Of a stretch of 64,000 nt of DNA, positions 49,801 through 63,448 are shown piece by piece (positions within the stretch are counted from its first letter, which is position 1; every line of letters begins with the position of its first letter). Source of the stretch: Eledone cirrhosa (Eukaryota); NCBI GenBank assembly GCA_964016885.1, contig OZ024742.1, forward strand, positions 142,848,001 to 142,912,000, read 5' to 3'. The position numbers and the translations under genes are program-made. The notes beneath the pieces are model-generated. The model made no database searches and was not told the origin of the DNA. It was given only the letters and a program-made list of their open reading frames with translations.

Positions 49801-52800
49801 CCTAGAAAAGAATAAAGGAATGAGAGAACGTGATCTTACCAATAAACAGTATTCTTGGTATATATCCTCCATCTGGTGAGTATTTGGATTCTTCATCATC
49901 CTACAATCAATTAAACATTCAACATTTTAATGGATTTTTATGCAAGTACTTTAGAATCATCATTTTCCATGCTAGCATGGGTTGGATTAATTGCCACAAT
50001 TTGAGACTGGGCAGGTAGAAGTAGCTCATCTTGTTGGCATAGTTTCTATGGTGGGATGCTCTTACTAATGGAAACCACTTTAGAGAGTGTTTTTATTTTA
50101 TCTACCATGGACTTGTATCTTATTTTATTGACACTGAATGCATGAAAGGCATGGATACCAGCTAGTCAGATGAATAGATCATCAAGTAGTACAGGACGGT
50201 GTCATACCCAATGACTGGTGCAGCAGTATCATTGTAAATTGCTACAAGGGCAAAGGGAAGCACTAGAGAGAAGTAACTATAGAGGAGTCAAATTGATGGA
50301 CGAAGCCATGAAGAAGACCTCTGACAGTCTCATGCTCTATAATCTGGTGGGTACTTAGAAAGCTAGGTTTATATGAATGAATTGTGAGGGCTGTTCAGAC
50401 CATGTATAGAGAAGTAACCAGCAGAGTGAGGCAGAGTGAGAGTTGGCAATGAGTACAGTGATGAATTTCAGGTGCAGGTGGCAGTCCACCAGGGATCAGT
50501 TCTCTGTCCACTTCTGTTTATCACTGAGGAGTTTAAAACTGGCACTCCATAGAAGCTCCTATATGCCAGTCCTTGTAGCTGAATCCGTAGGGGAGTTAAA
50601 ATTTCAAGCATGGAAAAGGGTGGTGACAGGAAGGTGATGCTTTTTGCTACCTAAGCAATCAAATTAGTAGTGGGGAGGATGTGCTAAAAGTGTGATAGCT
50701 AGGATAAGAAAAGGCTGGAAAACGTTTAGAGATCTATTCCTGCTGCTAACAACAAAATGCTTTTCTCTCAGAGTGAAGGGTAGACAGTATGATGCTGGTG
50801 TGTGAACTGCAATGCTACATGGTAGTGAAACATGTGCCATAACTGCAGAAGACCTGTGGAGGCTAGAAAAAAAATGAGTTGAGTATGCTCCCATGGATGT
50901 GTAATGTTACTTCGCATGAGTGACATAGCATTAGCAAACTGAGGGAAAAACTTGGCATAAGAGGAATTGAATGTAGTGTGCAAAGAAAAGACTGCATTGG
51001 TATGGACATGTGATGCACATGGAAGATAGCCGCTGCATAAAGAAATGCAAAGGTACCTTAGTGGCTACAATCCGTGGAAGAGGCAGACCAAAGAAGACAT
51101 GGCGTGAGATTGAGAAAATTGACCTTAAAAAAATTAAACCTCACAACAGAAATGACTAAAGATTGTGAGGACTGGCACTATGCAGTGGTGAGGAAGACCC
51201 AACCTGCAGCATACAATGTGACCTGACCCACCCCATGCCCACCACTAGCACTCCCCAACAGTTATTCTTACTATGGTTGGTGATAGGATGGGCATCCAAC
51301 TGTAGAAGTTTTTTCCAAACAAAATAGTCGGGCGGACCCTCAGTTGTGTCAAACACATGACAACCTCCCCTGTGCACTCGATGGAGTATCGACCGTACAT
51401 AAATCCCTGGCCTTCCTGGGTAATCAGTGGCTCAACTTCAATACTGACTTGGTCTATGTAGACCTGTCCAACCCTTGTTAGCAGAGAAAGCGGACATTAA
51501 AACAACGATGATGATGAAACTATACAAGAGAGGGAGGGAGATATCTCACAACCATTTTAGTTCCTCAAAAAACAAAAGCAGCTCCAAGCCAGTAATAATG
51601 GTTAAGAAGAAATATAATGCCAGCTACGTACAGGAGAATTCACCATTATAAATTCTTTACTAAGTTCTTCAATTTCTTTAGATTCTGCAAATTTTGGTTT
51701 CAAAGCTGAAAAAAGAAAGTAGAATAAAATAATTTTTAACAATAATTAAGATATTAAATATTAAATTTTGCTATTTTCACTAGAGATGCCACAAATCCAC
51801 CCTATTGTTTTACTATATTAGCTGGATAATGTGCTCACAAAATACATAAACACTTCACTCATTCATTCATTTCTCTTTCCATTATGACCCAAAGCAGCTG
51901 GCTGTTTTTAAATGTTCTGATATCTGAAAAGTAAAACTAAAGTTCATTTTTTCACCTGTTCAAGTCATAAATATGCAAAACAAGCCCCTATACTTAGCAT
52001 TTATCTATCTGGAGAAAGCCTTTGACAGAGTTTTCTCCATAAATATGCAGAATAAGCTCCTATATTTAGCATTCATCTATCTGGAGAAAGCCTTTGACAG
52101 AGTGCCCCACTTTATCATCTGGTGGACACTAAGGAACTTAGGAGTAGATAAATGGTTTCATTGCTCAAAACTGCTTTGAAATATTTTAAATCCTGTATAT
52201 AGTCAACCCAGTCCTCCCTGCTCCTAATCTTATGAAGGCATACTCCCACTGAAATCCTTACTGTCACTTCTAACATCAACCACTGCCCAACACTTGTTCT
52301 AGCTCTCCCTACCTCATCTTCTTGTCTCTCTTGGTAACAAATATGTAACTACAATTGCTTGCATCACAGTGCCTCCTCTTCTATCATACTCTCACTCACC
52401 TTCTCTCATTACTACCTTTGCCTTGCCAAAGTCACAACTTCTTTAGTATTGGTGCTACAATAAAATGTACCCAGTACTCTCAGTAAAGTGGTTGGCATTA
52501 GAAAGTGTACCCAGCTGTAGGAACTGTGCCAAAATATGGAATATTAAGCAGCCGGTCTAGTTGTGGAGTGTAACAATTCATCCAAACCATTCCAGCATAG
52601 AAGACATTTGTAAAATTATGATGATATGTGTATAAAGGTAAACACAATTAGAAGTCTTAGCTGTTAAAGCTACAATGTGTAAACACAAATATTCCTACAT
52701 ACACCGAAAACACAAGAGGTTATTCATACACCAATAATTCAACAGTTATTGTCAACTCATCAAAGATTTACTACCCTTTGATTCTATGAGCAAAGGATTA

Positions 52801-55800
52801 TTGCTACAGCAATGTTATGTATGTCATACGGAATATAAAAAATATCTGAACTAATAATAAAGCTAATTTTCATGACATACATACATTCAATGACGTAAAT
52901 AAAAAATAATGAATGTACATGCTAGAGTACAGCAAATATTTGAAGATATAACTACTATTTTTTAATTGGAAGCCATATATATATATATATACATTTGTTA
53001 TTTAATTCAGTGAGAATATTTTTTTGACATTTGAAGTTTTCATCTATCAAATTTTATTCACAAGGCATTAGCTAATCAGGGGCTATAGTAAAAGACCCAT
53101 GCCCAAAGTGGATCCAAACCCGAAACCACATGGTTGTAAAGCAAACTCCTAAACCACACAGTCACACTTGCATAAGAATATACAAACATATAAACACTAA
53201 CAATTCAAATGGAAATTTTATAGAAATATATATTTTACCTTTACAAGCTCCACACCATGATTTATGAAGAATAAACATCAATGGTTTATTCCTGAAATTT
53301 AAAAATAAGAAAATCTTGTAGAATGAATTTTCAAGCAGCTTCTGTTATCTAAACATGGCTGCATCATAACGTGATCACAATCAGCAGCTTTCACAGTATT
53401 GAAATCAAGAATAAATCATAACTATCTATATACTAGTAAAACTGATTGCTTGCTTGTCTGTAATGTAATACAGCCAAAAGAGCGCATAATGGGAAAATAC
53501 TTTGAAAGGAGGTTGACCCTGAAGTGGGGATACAAATGGAATACAATAAGTTTCACGTAAATCGGAGGATGGGTTCCCGAGATATGGGGTTTTTCCGGGT
53601 ACCTTCATAAACAGAGAAATAGATAGTTGTGAGAAGTACTTTGAAAGAGAGACATAGAGAGAAGGAAAGGAGAATGGAAGACAGAGAGCTGGTGATGTGT
53701 CTATGACCAATATATATAGATCACAGACACCCACATATATATATACACATACATATATATACATACACACACGTGTATATATATATATATATGGGCCTTT
53801 CAGTTTCATTTCACATTATATACATGTCTGTGTATATTTAAAATATTTAAAAATTATTTTTAAGTGAACATGATTTTTTTTAAAGATTTTTAAGTGAACG
53901 TGACCCAACAGGTCACTAGGTGGTCTAGTTATCTTTATAAGTAAATAGCCTTCAATATATTATGTACTTATCCATACATAGTAATCATTGGAGGTGTTGT
54001 TCTGGTTCTCTTGAGTTCAACTTTGCCTTTTGTCTTTTCAGGATTGATAATTAAAGTAACAGTCTAGGGCAGTGGATTGATGGGAATTGTTAGAGCAGCA
54101 ATTGTGATATTTTGTAGTATCCCTTTCAGCTCTGCATGCTGAAATCACCTACAATGACACTAGTACTAAGCTGAATCAGCTTTCGCTTTTCCCTTGAACA
54201 ACATTGGTGGTGTGGAGAGACTTAAGAAAAAGATAGATATTACAATCCATGCATGAATTTAAAAAATCAGAATGGTGATGGCTAGAATACATTATAGGTC
54301 AGCTCAATGTGAGCTGACATGGAGCTAAACAACAACACAATATGGTAGGAGTTGAACAGAATTTATGAGCTGGTGATCAAATATTTATAAGATGGTGAGG
54401 TGGGATTAAAGAGAAATCTGGCTGCTATTTCTAGTGGTTCTCATGTTGGATCAAGCAGCCATGTTAGTGACTCCGATGTAGGATCAATCAGCCATGTAGT
54501 AGCTTCCATGTTGAATTAAGTAACCATGTAGTGCTTACAATGTTGGATTACATAGCCTTATGGTGGATCCCATTGCAGCTTAACCATCTAGTGGCTCCCA
54601 TGTTGGATCAAGCAATCATGTAGTGGATGCCATGCTGGATCAAGTAATCATATAGAATCAAGTTTTAAGTATGTACCACAGGAAGGAATAGTTTCTCAGC
54701 ATTGTAAAATTGCAGGAACACTTGGTCAGCAATACTTTTTCACAAAACAATGTAAATAATTGATAATTGTTTCTACTTTAGGCACAAGGCCAGCAAATAC
54801 CCAGTGCATTACTGGTACTTTATTTTATCGACCCCGTAAGGATGAAAGGCAAAGTTAACCTCGGCGGGATTTGAACTCAGAATGATACCATTTAACATTA
54901 AGTATCTTTACAACAACAAGCCAGTGATTGTCTTACAGGCTCCATACACATGATGGAGTCTATTTTGTGGCAATGCTTTATGATCAGATGCCATTTCTGC
55001 TGCCAACCCTTTTAGTCACGTCTTATGACATACATATGGTGTACTTATTCTAAAAACTGAGATAAGTAAAGTCCCTATGTATAAGAATTTATTAAAGAAA
55101 TATGAAAAATAAGAAATAATCATAAATGTTAATAACGATGTACTCACTCATTTTTAGATTTTTCTAATCCATCTTGAAGATTATACCAAGCTATATGGTT
55201 ACCCCAATCTGAAATAATAAGGAAGAATAATAATTTTAGATTTTCAATTTTTTCTTACATTAATTTATATGAAATGGTAATTGTCATGGAGGAATAATGT
55301 GTGTATACTGATATGCCATGTTGATGGAATGACAGGGCATTTTAAACCTAGTGAAGCTCATTCATTTCTAGGTCTGAGAGTACAGCACATTTCTGATAGA
55401 GAAAAAGAAAAGAAAGATATAAGTGGTACTTTGTCAACCCAGGAAAAAATGAAAGGTAACAATGAGCTCAACAGGATTCAAGCCTGAGACCACATCTGAT
55501 TTCCAAGAGAAAAAGATAAATAAATAAAGAAAGAAGAGCTGATGGTACTTTATCAACTCCTAAAGGATGAAAGGCAAAGTTGATCTCAGTATTTGAAACT
55601 CAGAGTGCAGAGAACTGGAATACATTGCGTAAAGATTTTATCCAATGCTCTTGTGACTTTGAATTATAAGTACAGTCCATCAAATGGGCCTCCAAACAGT
55701 TTTTGTCTACTCAGTTTCTTTCACAAGATTTGGCTCAACCTGAGGTTATGGTAAATGATACTTGCCCAAGATGCCCCACAGTAGGATCGAACGTGGGACC

Positions 55801-58800
55801 TAATTATTGTGAAGTAAACTCCTTCACTATTCAGCTATGGTGTATCAGTAACAAGACCTTGAAGGAATTTATTTTCTTGATCATGTCTGGTACTTATTTC
55901 ATTGTTGAATCACCAAGTTACAGAACATAAAATGGAGACACATAAGAAAGATGTGGGGTTTGGAGTTTGATTTTTCACTGATTCCTCTGTTCCCTTTTTT
56001 CATCAAAATCAACCATTTTATAGGATTCCAACTGAAATTAAAACCTTCCAACTTTATTTTATATAAAAACCACTAAGTTACTAATTTAGTAATAAATTGT
56101 CGATTGACTTTCGTCAAATCGGACCGAGGAAACAATGTTTCCGTTGGTCTTCCCAATTGCTAGTACTATCTATCGGTCACAACTCCAGGTAGAAGGAGCA
56201 ACGTGAAATAAAGTGTCTTGCTCAAGGACATAACACATTGCCTGGTCCAGGAATTAAACTGACAACCCCACGATTCCAAATCCAGTTCTCTAACCAATCA
56301 GCCACACGCCTAGTAATAAAATAATCAGTTATTTAAGTAAATCCTCAAAATTCTACATTAATTAATTGAAATAGAGTGTATTTCATTAGATACAGTCACA
56401 AAAAGATTAACAAAAATTCTTACATAAAATTATGATGGAATATTTGTAGAAAATTATAAAAACACTTTAAAATAAACAGCTGTTTCATAAAACCAGGGGT
56501 GATTTGGTATCAAAAGGGTTAATAACCCCAATACAAGTTGTGGGTATGGTGTGGCGTGTGGTGGCCGGGGGCGGGGGGTGCTCGACCGGAAGGGGTTTTT
56601 GAGTGCTCGACCGGAAGGATGCTCGACCGGTGAGGACGCGTTTTGGGCAGCTCCCGGTTTTAAGCAGTCGGACGCACGTGGAAGAGGAGTACCTGAAATG
56701 GAATTTAGCGGCGCCAGGCAGAATGCGAACGCACGGTGCGGTTGGCATTCATCAATGGATTTCTGGACGACATAGCGGTGAAACTGCAGCAAGTCCTGGG
56801 GTACAAGGAGATGGAAATGCGTTCACTGGTGGAACAAGCCCGGATCATAGCGGAAGATGCCAAAAAGAGTGTCGCGGCGATAGCGACTACGGAGGCTCAG
56901 GACACCTGGCAGCGAAATGGTCAAAGGGAGGCAACCTCGGCACACAGCCGTTCGCGAGAATTTAAGGGCCGCTGTTTTAGGTGTCAGGGCCCGCATATGG
57001 CTAGAGACTGTAGAGAGTCGAAGCCGGATATAATCTGCTACCAGTGTAAGCGACCAGGCCACATCGCTACTAACTGCGACCAGGGAAACGGTCCAAGGGG
57101 AACTACTGCGCCGGTAGTTGCCCCTTACGAGTAGCGGCGCTGCCGGTGGTGGAAGTCTTCGTGAGGGGGAAGCCACAGCGAGCCCTCGTGGATACGGGCT
57201 GTACGACGACACTGGGGACCGCGGGGGTGGCGCAGAGGTGGGGAGAGAAGAGCAGCGTAAGGGCAGTCGACGGCAGGAAAATTGAATGCCGAGGTCGCAG
57301 CGAGATGGAAATAGCGGTACGGGGAAGGACGATAAGGCTTTCTGCCATCGTGGTAGACAGTGTGGTGGATGGGATCGGCGTGGTTATGGGCATGGACGCG
57401 ATTGGGCGTCACGGTGAACAATGTCGGTGTGTCGTTTGGCGCCGCTGCATCGGTATGCGCTGTGAGTGCACGTCATGAGAACCAGAAGGCCCACGAGGGG
57501 CAATACCCCGCTTACACTGTACAGGACAAGGACTTCAAGGCCGTGTTTGATGGGCAGCGATGGGTTGTTGAGTGGTACTGGAAGGGAGAACCACCAACAC
57601 TGAAGACCAAAGTGGGCTGCTATCAACCAAAGTGGGCTGCTATCAACACACATTGAAGGGAAACGCTAGGGGCGAGTTCGAGCGAGAAGTAGAGAGATGG
57701 ATCGAAGAGGGCATACTGCTTCCCTGGAAGGAGGAGGTGAAGTGCGGAGTATTGCCGTTGATGGCGGTGGTGCAACCCATGAAGAGCAAGGTGAGGCCGG
57801 TGCTGGACTATCGAGAGCTGAACGAGCACGTGTCATGCCACACGGGTGGCGAGGTCACGGATGTCTGTGGGGAAACCCTGCGTGAGTGGAGACGCATGAC
57901 GGGGGGTTCAGCGATCGTGGATCTAAAGTCGGCTTACTTGCAGTTGCATATAGATGAGAAGCTCTGGCGGTATCAGCTGGTCAGGTATAAGGGCCGGACA
58001 TATTGCCTGACCAGGCTCGGTTTCGGGCTGAGCTCCGCACCGAAGATCATGGCGGCGGTCCTCAAGACTGCTCTGGGGAGGGCCGACAAGATAAAGAGGG
58101 CTACTAACTCCTACATTGACGACATCCTAGTGGACGAGTCGGTGGTGTCGACGGCGGAGGTCACGAGCCATTTGCGGAGGTATGGACTGACTGCGAAGCC
58201 ATCAGAAGCATTGGAGGGAGGAGCCGCGCTGGGACTTAGGCTACGGCGAGATAAGACGTGCGTTTTGGTGTTCCAGAGGGGAAACGAAGTTCCGGAACTG
58301 GGCCCAAGTATGAATAGGCGGGAGCTTTTCTCGGTGTGTGGAAAGCTGGTGGGTCACTACCCGATCGCTGGGTGGCTCCGGACGGCATGCAGCTATGTCA
58401 AGAGACGAGCGGGAGGGGTGACTTGGAGTGACAGAGTGGGAGAGAGAACGGTGGCCATGATGCAGGAGATCGTGGGGAGGGTGAAGGCCGACGACCCAGT
58501 GCGGGGACGCTGGTATGTTCCCAAATCACGGAGCGGGACCGTATGGTGCGATGCCAGCAGCATAGCGCTGGGTGTCACGTTGGAGATAGGAGGTGTTGAG
58601 GTCGAGGATGCAGCCTGGCTTAGAAAGGACGACTGCAGCCACATCAATGTGGCCGAGCTGGACGCGGTGTTGAGAGGGGTGAACCTCGCCCTGCGGTGGG
58701 GGCTGCGCACCATCGAGATACGCACCGACTCAGCTACCGTACTCGGATGGGTAAGATCAGTGCTCACCAGTGAGAAGAGAGTGCGAACGAGAGGCGCGGC

Positions 58801-61800
58801 GGAGATGCTGATAAAGCGCCGCCTGGGAACGTTAGGAGAGCTGGCCACCGAGTTCGACCTGAAGCTGAGCGTAGTGTTCGTGCCTTCAGAGAAAAATAGG
58901 GCGGACATCTTAACTAGAGTGAAGCAAGCCTGGATGGAAGCGATAGCTGCTGTGTGTCGGCTGACCGAGTTAGACCTGAAGGGGTTGCATGACATGCACC
59001 ACATGGGGGTGGATAGGAGCCTGTTCCTAGCCAGGAGAATCGACTCGGACGTTAGCAGACACAGTGTTCGGGGGGTCGTTAGAGGCTGCGTCCGATGTCA
59101 GTCCATTGATCCTGCCCCGGGTGTACACGAAACGGGAAGCCTCCCGGTGGATCGCGACTGGAAGCGATTAGCGGTGGATGTGACGCACTACCGGCAGGGA
59201 ACGTACCTCTTGATGGTCGACTGTGGACCAGGTCGAGTGGCGGTATGGAGGGAGATGAAGACCGGAACGGCCGAGGAAATCGTGCGGACGTTGAGAGAGG
59301 TGTTCTTGGAGCGGGGCCCTGTGGATGAACTGCTGATGGACAACAGCGCAGCGTTCTGCTCGGAGGCACTGAGGGGGATGCTCGAGGGATGGAAGGTGGA
59401 CCTTTTCTTCAGAGCGGCGCACAGGCCGAGCGGGAATGGAATCGTGAAGCGACACCACCGGACGATCAAGGCAATGGCGGAGCGGGGCCATATCTCACCA
59501 ATGGAGGCAGTGTTCTGGTACAATATGTCCCCTTGGGTTGGACAGGTCGAGGAATCGGTGCCACATAGAGCAGTATTCAAATACGAGTGGCGGCACCCGT
59601 GCACGACACCACAACGGCCAGTGGGGAGAGAGAGTGCATTCGTGCAGGTGGGCGAAGAAGTCTGGGTTAAGCCCCCAGATGCACGGTGCACATCTCAATG
59701 GGGAAGGGGAACGGTGACGGCCGTAAATTCAAAGAACAATGTGTCCGTGGACGGGGTACCACGTCATGTCCTGGATGTAAGAAGTATCACTGTATCGACG
59801 GACTCCGAGGAAGAGGAAACCCAAGATGAGGTGGAAACCCAGAGCCCTGCCCCAATACTACGAAGATCGCAACGAAGTCGTAGACCACCGACCTGGACGG
59901 CAGACTTTCATATGCAGAGGGACGAGGGGGAAATTGATCCTTGAGATCAGGGGGGCGTGTGGGTATGGCGTGGCGTGCGGTGGCTGGGGGGGCGGGGAGT
60001 GCTCGACCGGAAGGGGTCTTTGACCGGAAGGATGCTCGACCGGAAGGGCCAGGAGAGGGCCTCTCGCTACTGGTGACCAGCATACGGTGAAGACGCGTTT
60101 TGGGCAGCTCCCGGTTTTAAGCAGTCGGACGCACATGGAAGAGGAGTACCTGCAGTGGAATTTAGCGGCGCCTGTGAAAAGCGGTAAGTGAGATAGCTTT
60201 TTCTAACCACACAAGTCTCACTGAAAACTGGAATAAAGTTGATAACAATGTCAATAAAGTTTAACAAAGTACAGAAGAAAATAGTATTCTAGGTTCATGA
60301 ATTTGTTTGTACAAGTACAATCATTGCTAAATGACTTAAAAATTCAATATTGATATAGTGTCAAGGTAAACACAGCTGGGATTAGAGCAACAGAAAAACA
60401 CTATTAAACATTTTTACTGCACCTAACACACCAATGACTGGCCCACTGACAAAACACAATACCAGTGACAGAATTCAAACCACAAAATACTTCAACAAAT
60501 AGGTCAGCCTTCTAGCAAATCTTCTTCCATTCGATCTGTGACACTACCACCTCACTTATTTGTATAATAAAATATGAGTCTGAAACCCGGTTATGGCAGT
60601 TAGAATAAGAACAGGGTGGGAAAAGTTCAAGAACCTCTGTTGGCAACAAAGTGTTTCTCTCTATAAAGGAAGGGTAGATTATATGTGTGGGAAGTGTGAT
60701 GTTGCATGGTAGTGAGGCATGGGCACTGAATGCAAAGGATATGCAAAAGATGAAGGGAAATGAATCAGGCATGCTCCACTGGATATGTAATGTTTATGTG
60801 CATGAATGACAAAACTCAGAGAAAAACTGAGCAGAAGAGGAATTAGATGTAACATGCAGGAGAAGAAGTTATGCTGGTATGGACATACAATATATATGAT
60901 GATGATGATCATTAGATGAAGAAGTGCCAGGAGTTTCAAGTGGATAGAAACTGTGCAAAAGGAAGACCAAGAAAGATGTGGGTAGATATAGTGAAAATTG
61001 ATCTCAAGAAACTGAACCTCAGAAAGGTGAGAAAGAAAAGAAACAAGTGGAGAGATACTGTACTGGAAAGGACTTGGGTTATTTCATGTGAGCATAGATA
61101 AATGGATGATGATAATTGTTTCTACTATTGGCACAAGGCCAGAAATTACCCAGTACATTACTGGTACTTTATTTTATCGACCCCGTAAGGATGAAAGGCA
61201 AAGTTAACCTCGGCGCGATTTGAACTCAGAATGGCAAGGGCCGTAACTCTATGCGTCAAAGCATGGCGTCCGACCCTCTACCGATACTGCCAATCCAATG
61301 CCTGATGCTCTTCCTAATACCAACTACTTTACAGTGTTCAGGATGCATTATATCATGACACCAGTATTACTACTTTACAAAATGTACTGAGTGCATTCTA
61401 TTGTGAAACAAATACTATAAAATTCAGAAAAAAAAGAAAAAAATAACACTGATAAAATATATGAAAATATTTTCTTCTGAAATTGAAATACAGAGAAGTG
61501 TTGTTTTCACATAATTGGATCATGGGTGTTCCAAGAGAAATTAAATTTAAAGTTAAAGGTAAAACTAGTGCAGTTAATTAGTTATCTAGGTAGTATCCAT
61601 TACATGGGTAAAACCAAACAAACAAAACAAGATTTGGGGCTGGTCCAATAGAAAGTATTCAAGGTTTGTGTGTTGGTTGTAAGTTGTTATATACCTATTA
61701 ACCTTGTTTTAGTAAAGTATCATTTAACCACTGGAATGATATGGCAACAACTGTTTCACTGTTTTATATATGTGTTTCTCAATTCAATGTTTCCTTCAGA

Positions 61801-63405
61801 TAGTGAGAAAAAAGCTTAATAGGTACTATTTTCTGTCAAATTATTTTGCACCTGAATAGCCAAATAATTAACCAAACAGGTGAGAAATTGTTTAATAGAA
61901 GAAAAAAAGCTTTTAAAACAAATGACTCTATAGATTGCAAAATAATTAGTATCCTGCCTAAAGCAGAGCTTTTCAAACTTTTTATGTTGATGACCATCAT
62001 CATCATTTTATGTCTGTTTCCATGTTGTCATGAGTTGAATGAGTTGTCATAATCTGCGACTAGACGGATCAGAGGGCCATGTTCCATTTTGGCATTGTTT
62101 TTATAGCTGGATGCCCTTTCTAATTCCAGCCACTTTACAGAGTGTACTGGATGCATTTTATTGTAGCATCAACACTACCACTTTACAGAATGTACTGAGT
62201 GCATTTTATTAATGCACCTACACTACCCCTTTAGAGAATGTTCAGGGTGCATTTTATCATGGAACCAATACTACTGCTTTAGCGTGTACAGATATTTAAA
62301 AAGGGAAAATGAAGAGAAGGGCAAGATCTGTAAGGTCACAGAAAGATGAGAGGGTGAAGAGGGAGGGTGATGGGTTCTAGGCCTAGGACGCTGCGGTGTG
62401 CGGCTGCCCCCCCCCCCCCGGACAAGACTGCAAAAGTGTTTAGCGGACAATGGTCAGCGACACCTACTGTAACAACCACATCATCTCATGGGGCTCCTTC
62501 CTCAGATGGGATGGAAAGTGAAAGCTCAGATGGCAAAAGATCAGAATGCAAGCATAAATGTATCTTAAACGAGGCAAACCACAGAAAGTTGCTAAAGATT
62601 GGTGTGAATGGTGTTGAATCATCAAATACTTATTGGGAAGTAGATGATTAATAATAATTATATGAATTTGGGTATCCTTGACAATAAATCTCAAATAAAG
62701 ACAATGAAAATATATCTCGTCTGATTCACTGTGTATGCTAGGGTTAAGGTCCCCTCATGAATATGTAAAGAGTGGAGCATGCAAAATGAATCCAATTAAT
62801 CGGGGAACACTCCCTAACCTCTTCTCTCAGACTCTTATTTCCTTACTGATGAAGGACTAACGCCAATACTTTGAAGGCACTTATTATTCTTTTCCTAACA
62901 GACATTTTTTCTCGGATTTCCTTGGGAACTTTCTAGGTGCAAAATCCATGGTCATTTATGACCAAGGTTTTTTATTTTTTACTTATCTGTTTATCTACCT
63001 ACCTACTTGTGTGTGCGTGTTAGGTGTGTAATTAGTTATAGGCGGCGCACCGTTTAAAGCACTCAAGCTGTTATGGTCAGTCTCGTTCGGGTTGTATATA
63101 TATAATATATATATGTACATTTTCTTCTTTGCGCGATCATAATATAATCTTGTAATTAATTTTGAAATTAAAGAAAACAAAAATTAACTCAGGTTGAAAT
63201 CGTATTATGTATTTTTTTAAAAATCGTCTAACTTTATATATTTATTCCAAATTGGTAGATTCATCACAGTAGCACTCCCTGTGACAACTATTAATATATG
63301 GCTGGTTCCCTTCTGCATCGCTACACGGAAGTTAAAATAATTATACTCAAATTTTAGTGAGTACTTTTTCTCTTGTTTATAAAGAAAAGAAAGAAAAGCC
63401 CTCCG

Positions 63406-63448
<43 letters not shown>

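Larger units (their letters stand above)
56539..60211 (+). mobile_element. Ty3/Gypsy LTR retrotransposon (defective) in TXNDC12 intron 1, antisense to host
   Basis: TGTGG...CCACA termini; 5-bp TSD CAAGT (56534-56538 and 60212-60216); gag with two CCHC knuckles; protease LVDTG; RT YIDD; RNase H DAS/ELDA; integrase HHCC + D,D(E) in Gypsy order; purine tract before 3' LTR. Confidence 0.95.

Noticed and set aside
58393-59691. Long minus-strand ORFs (203, 167, 107 aa)
   Set aside because: Antisense shadows of the GC-rich pol ORF with no independent motifs
62367-62651. 94-aa ORF in a GC-richer patch of TXNDC12 intron 1
   Set aside because: No recognisable domain or splice support; not needed for the gene model
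62845-62880. CTGATGA hammerhead-like core
   Set aside because: No properly placed GAAA or closing stems; same for CTGATGA near 1855, 18700 and 22825
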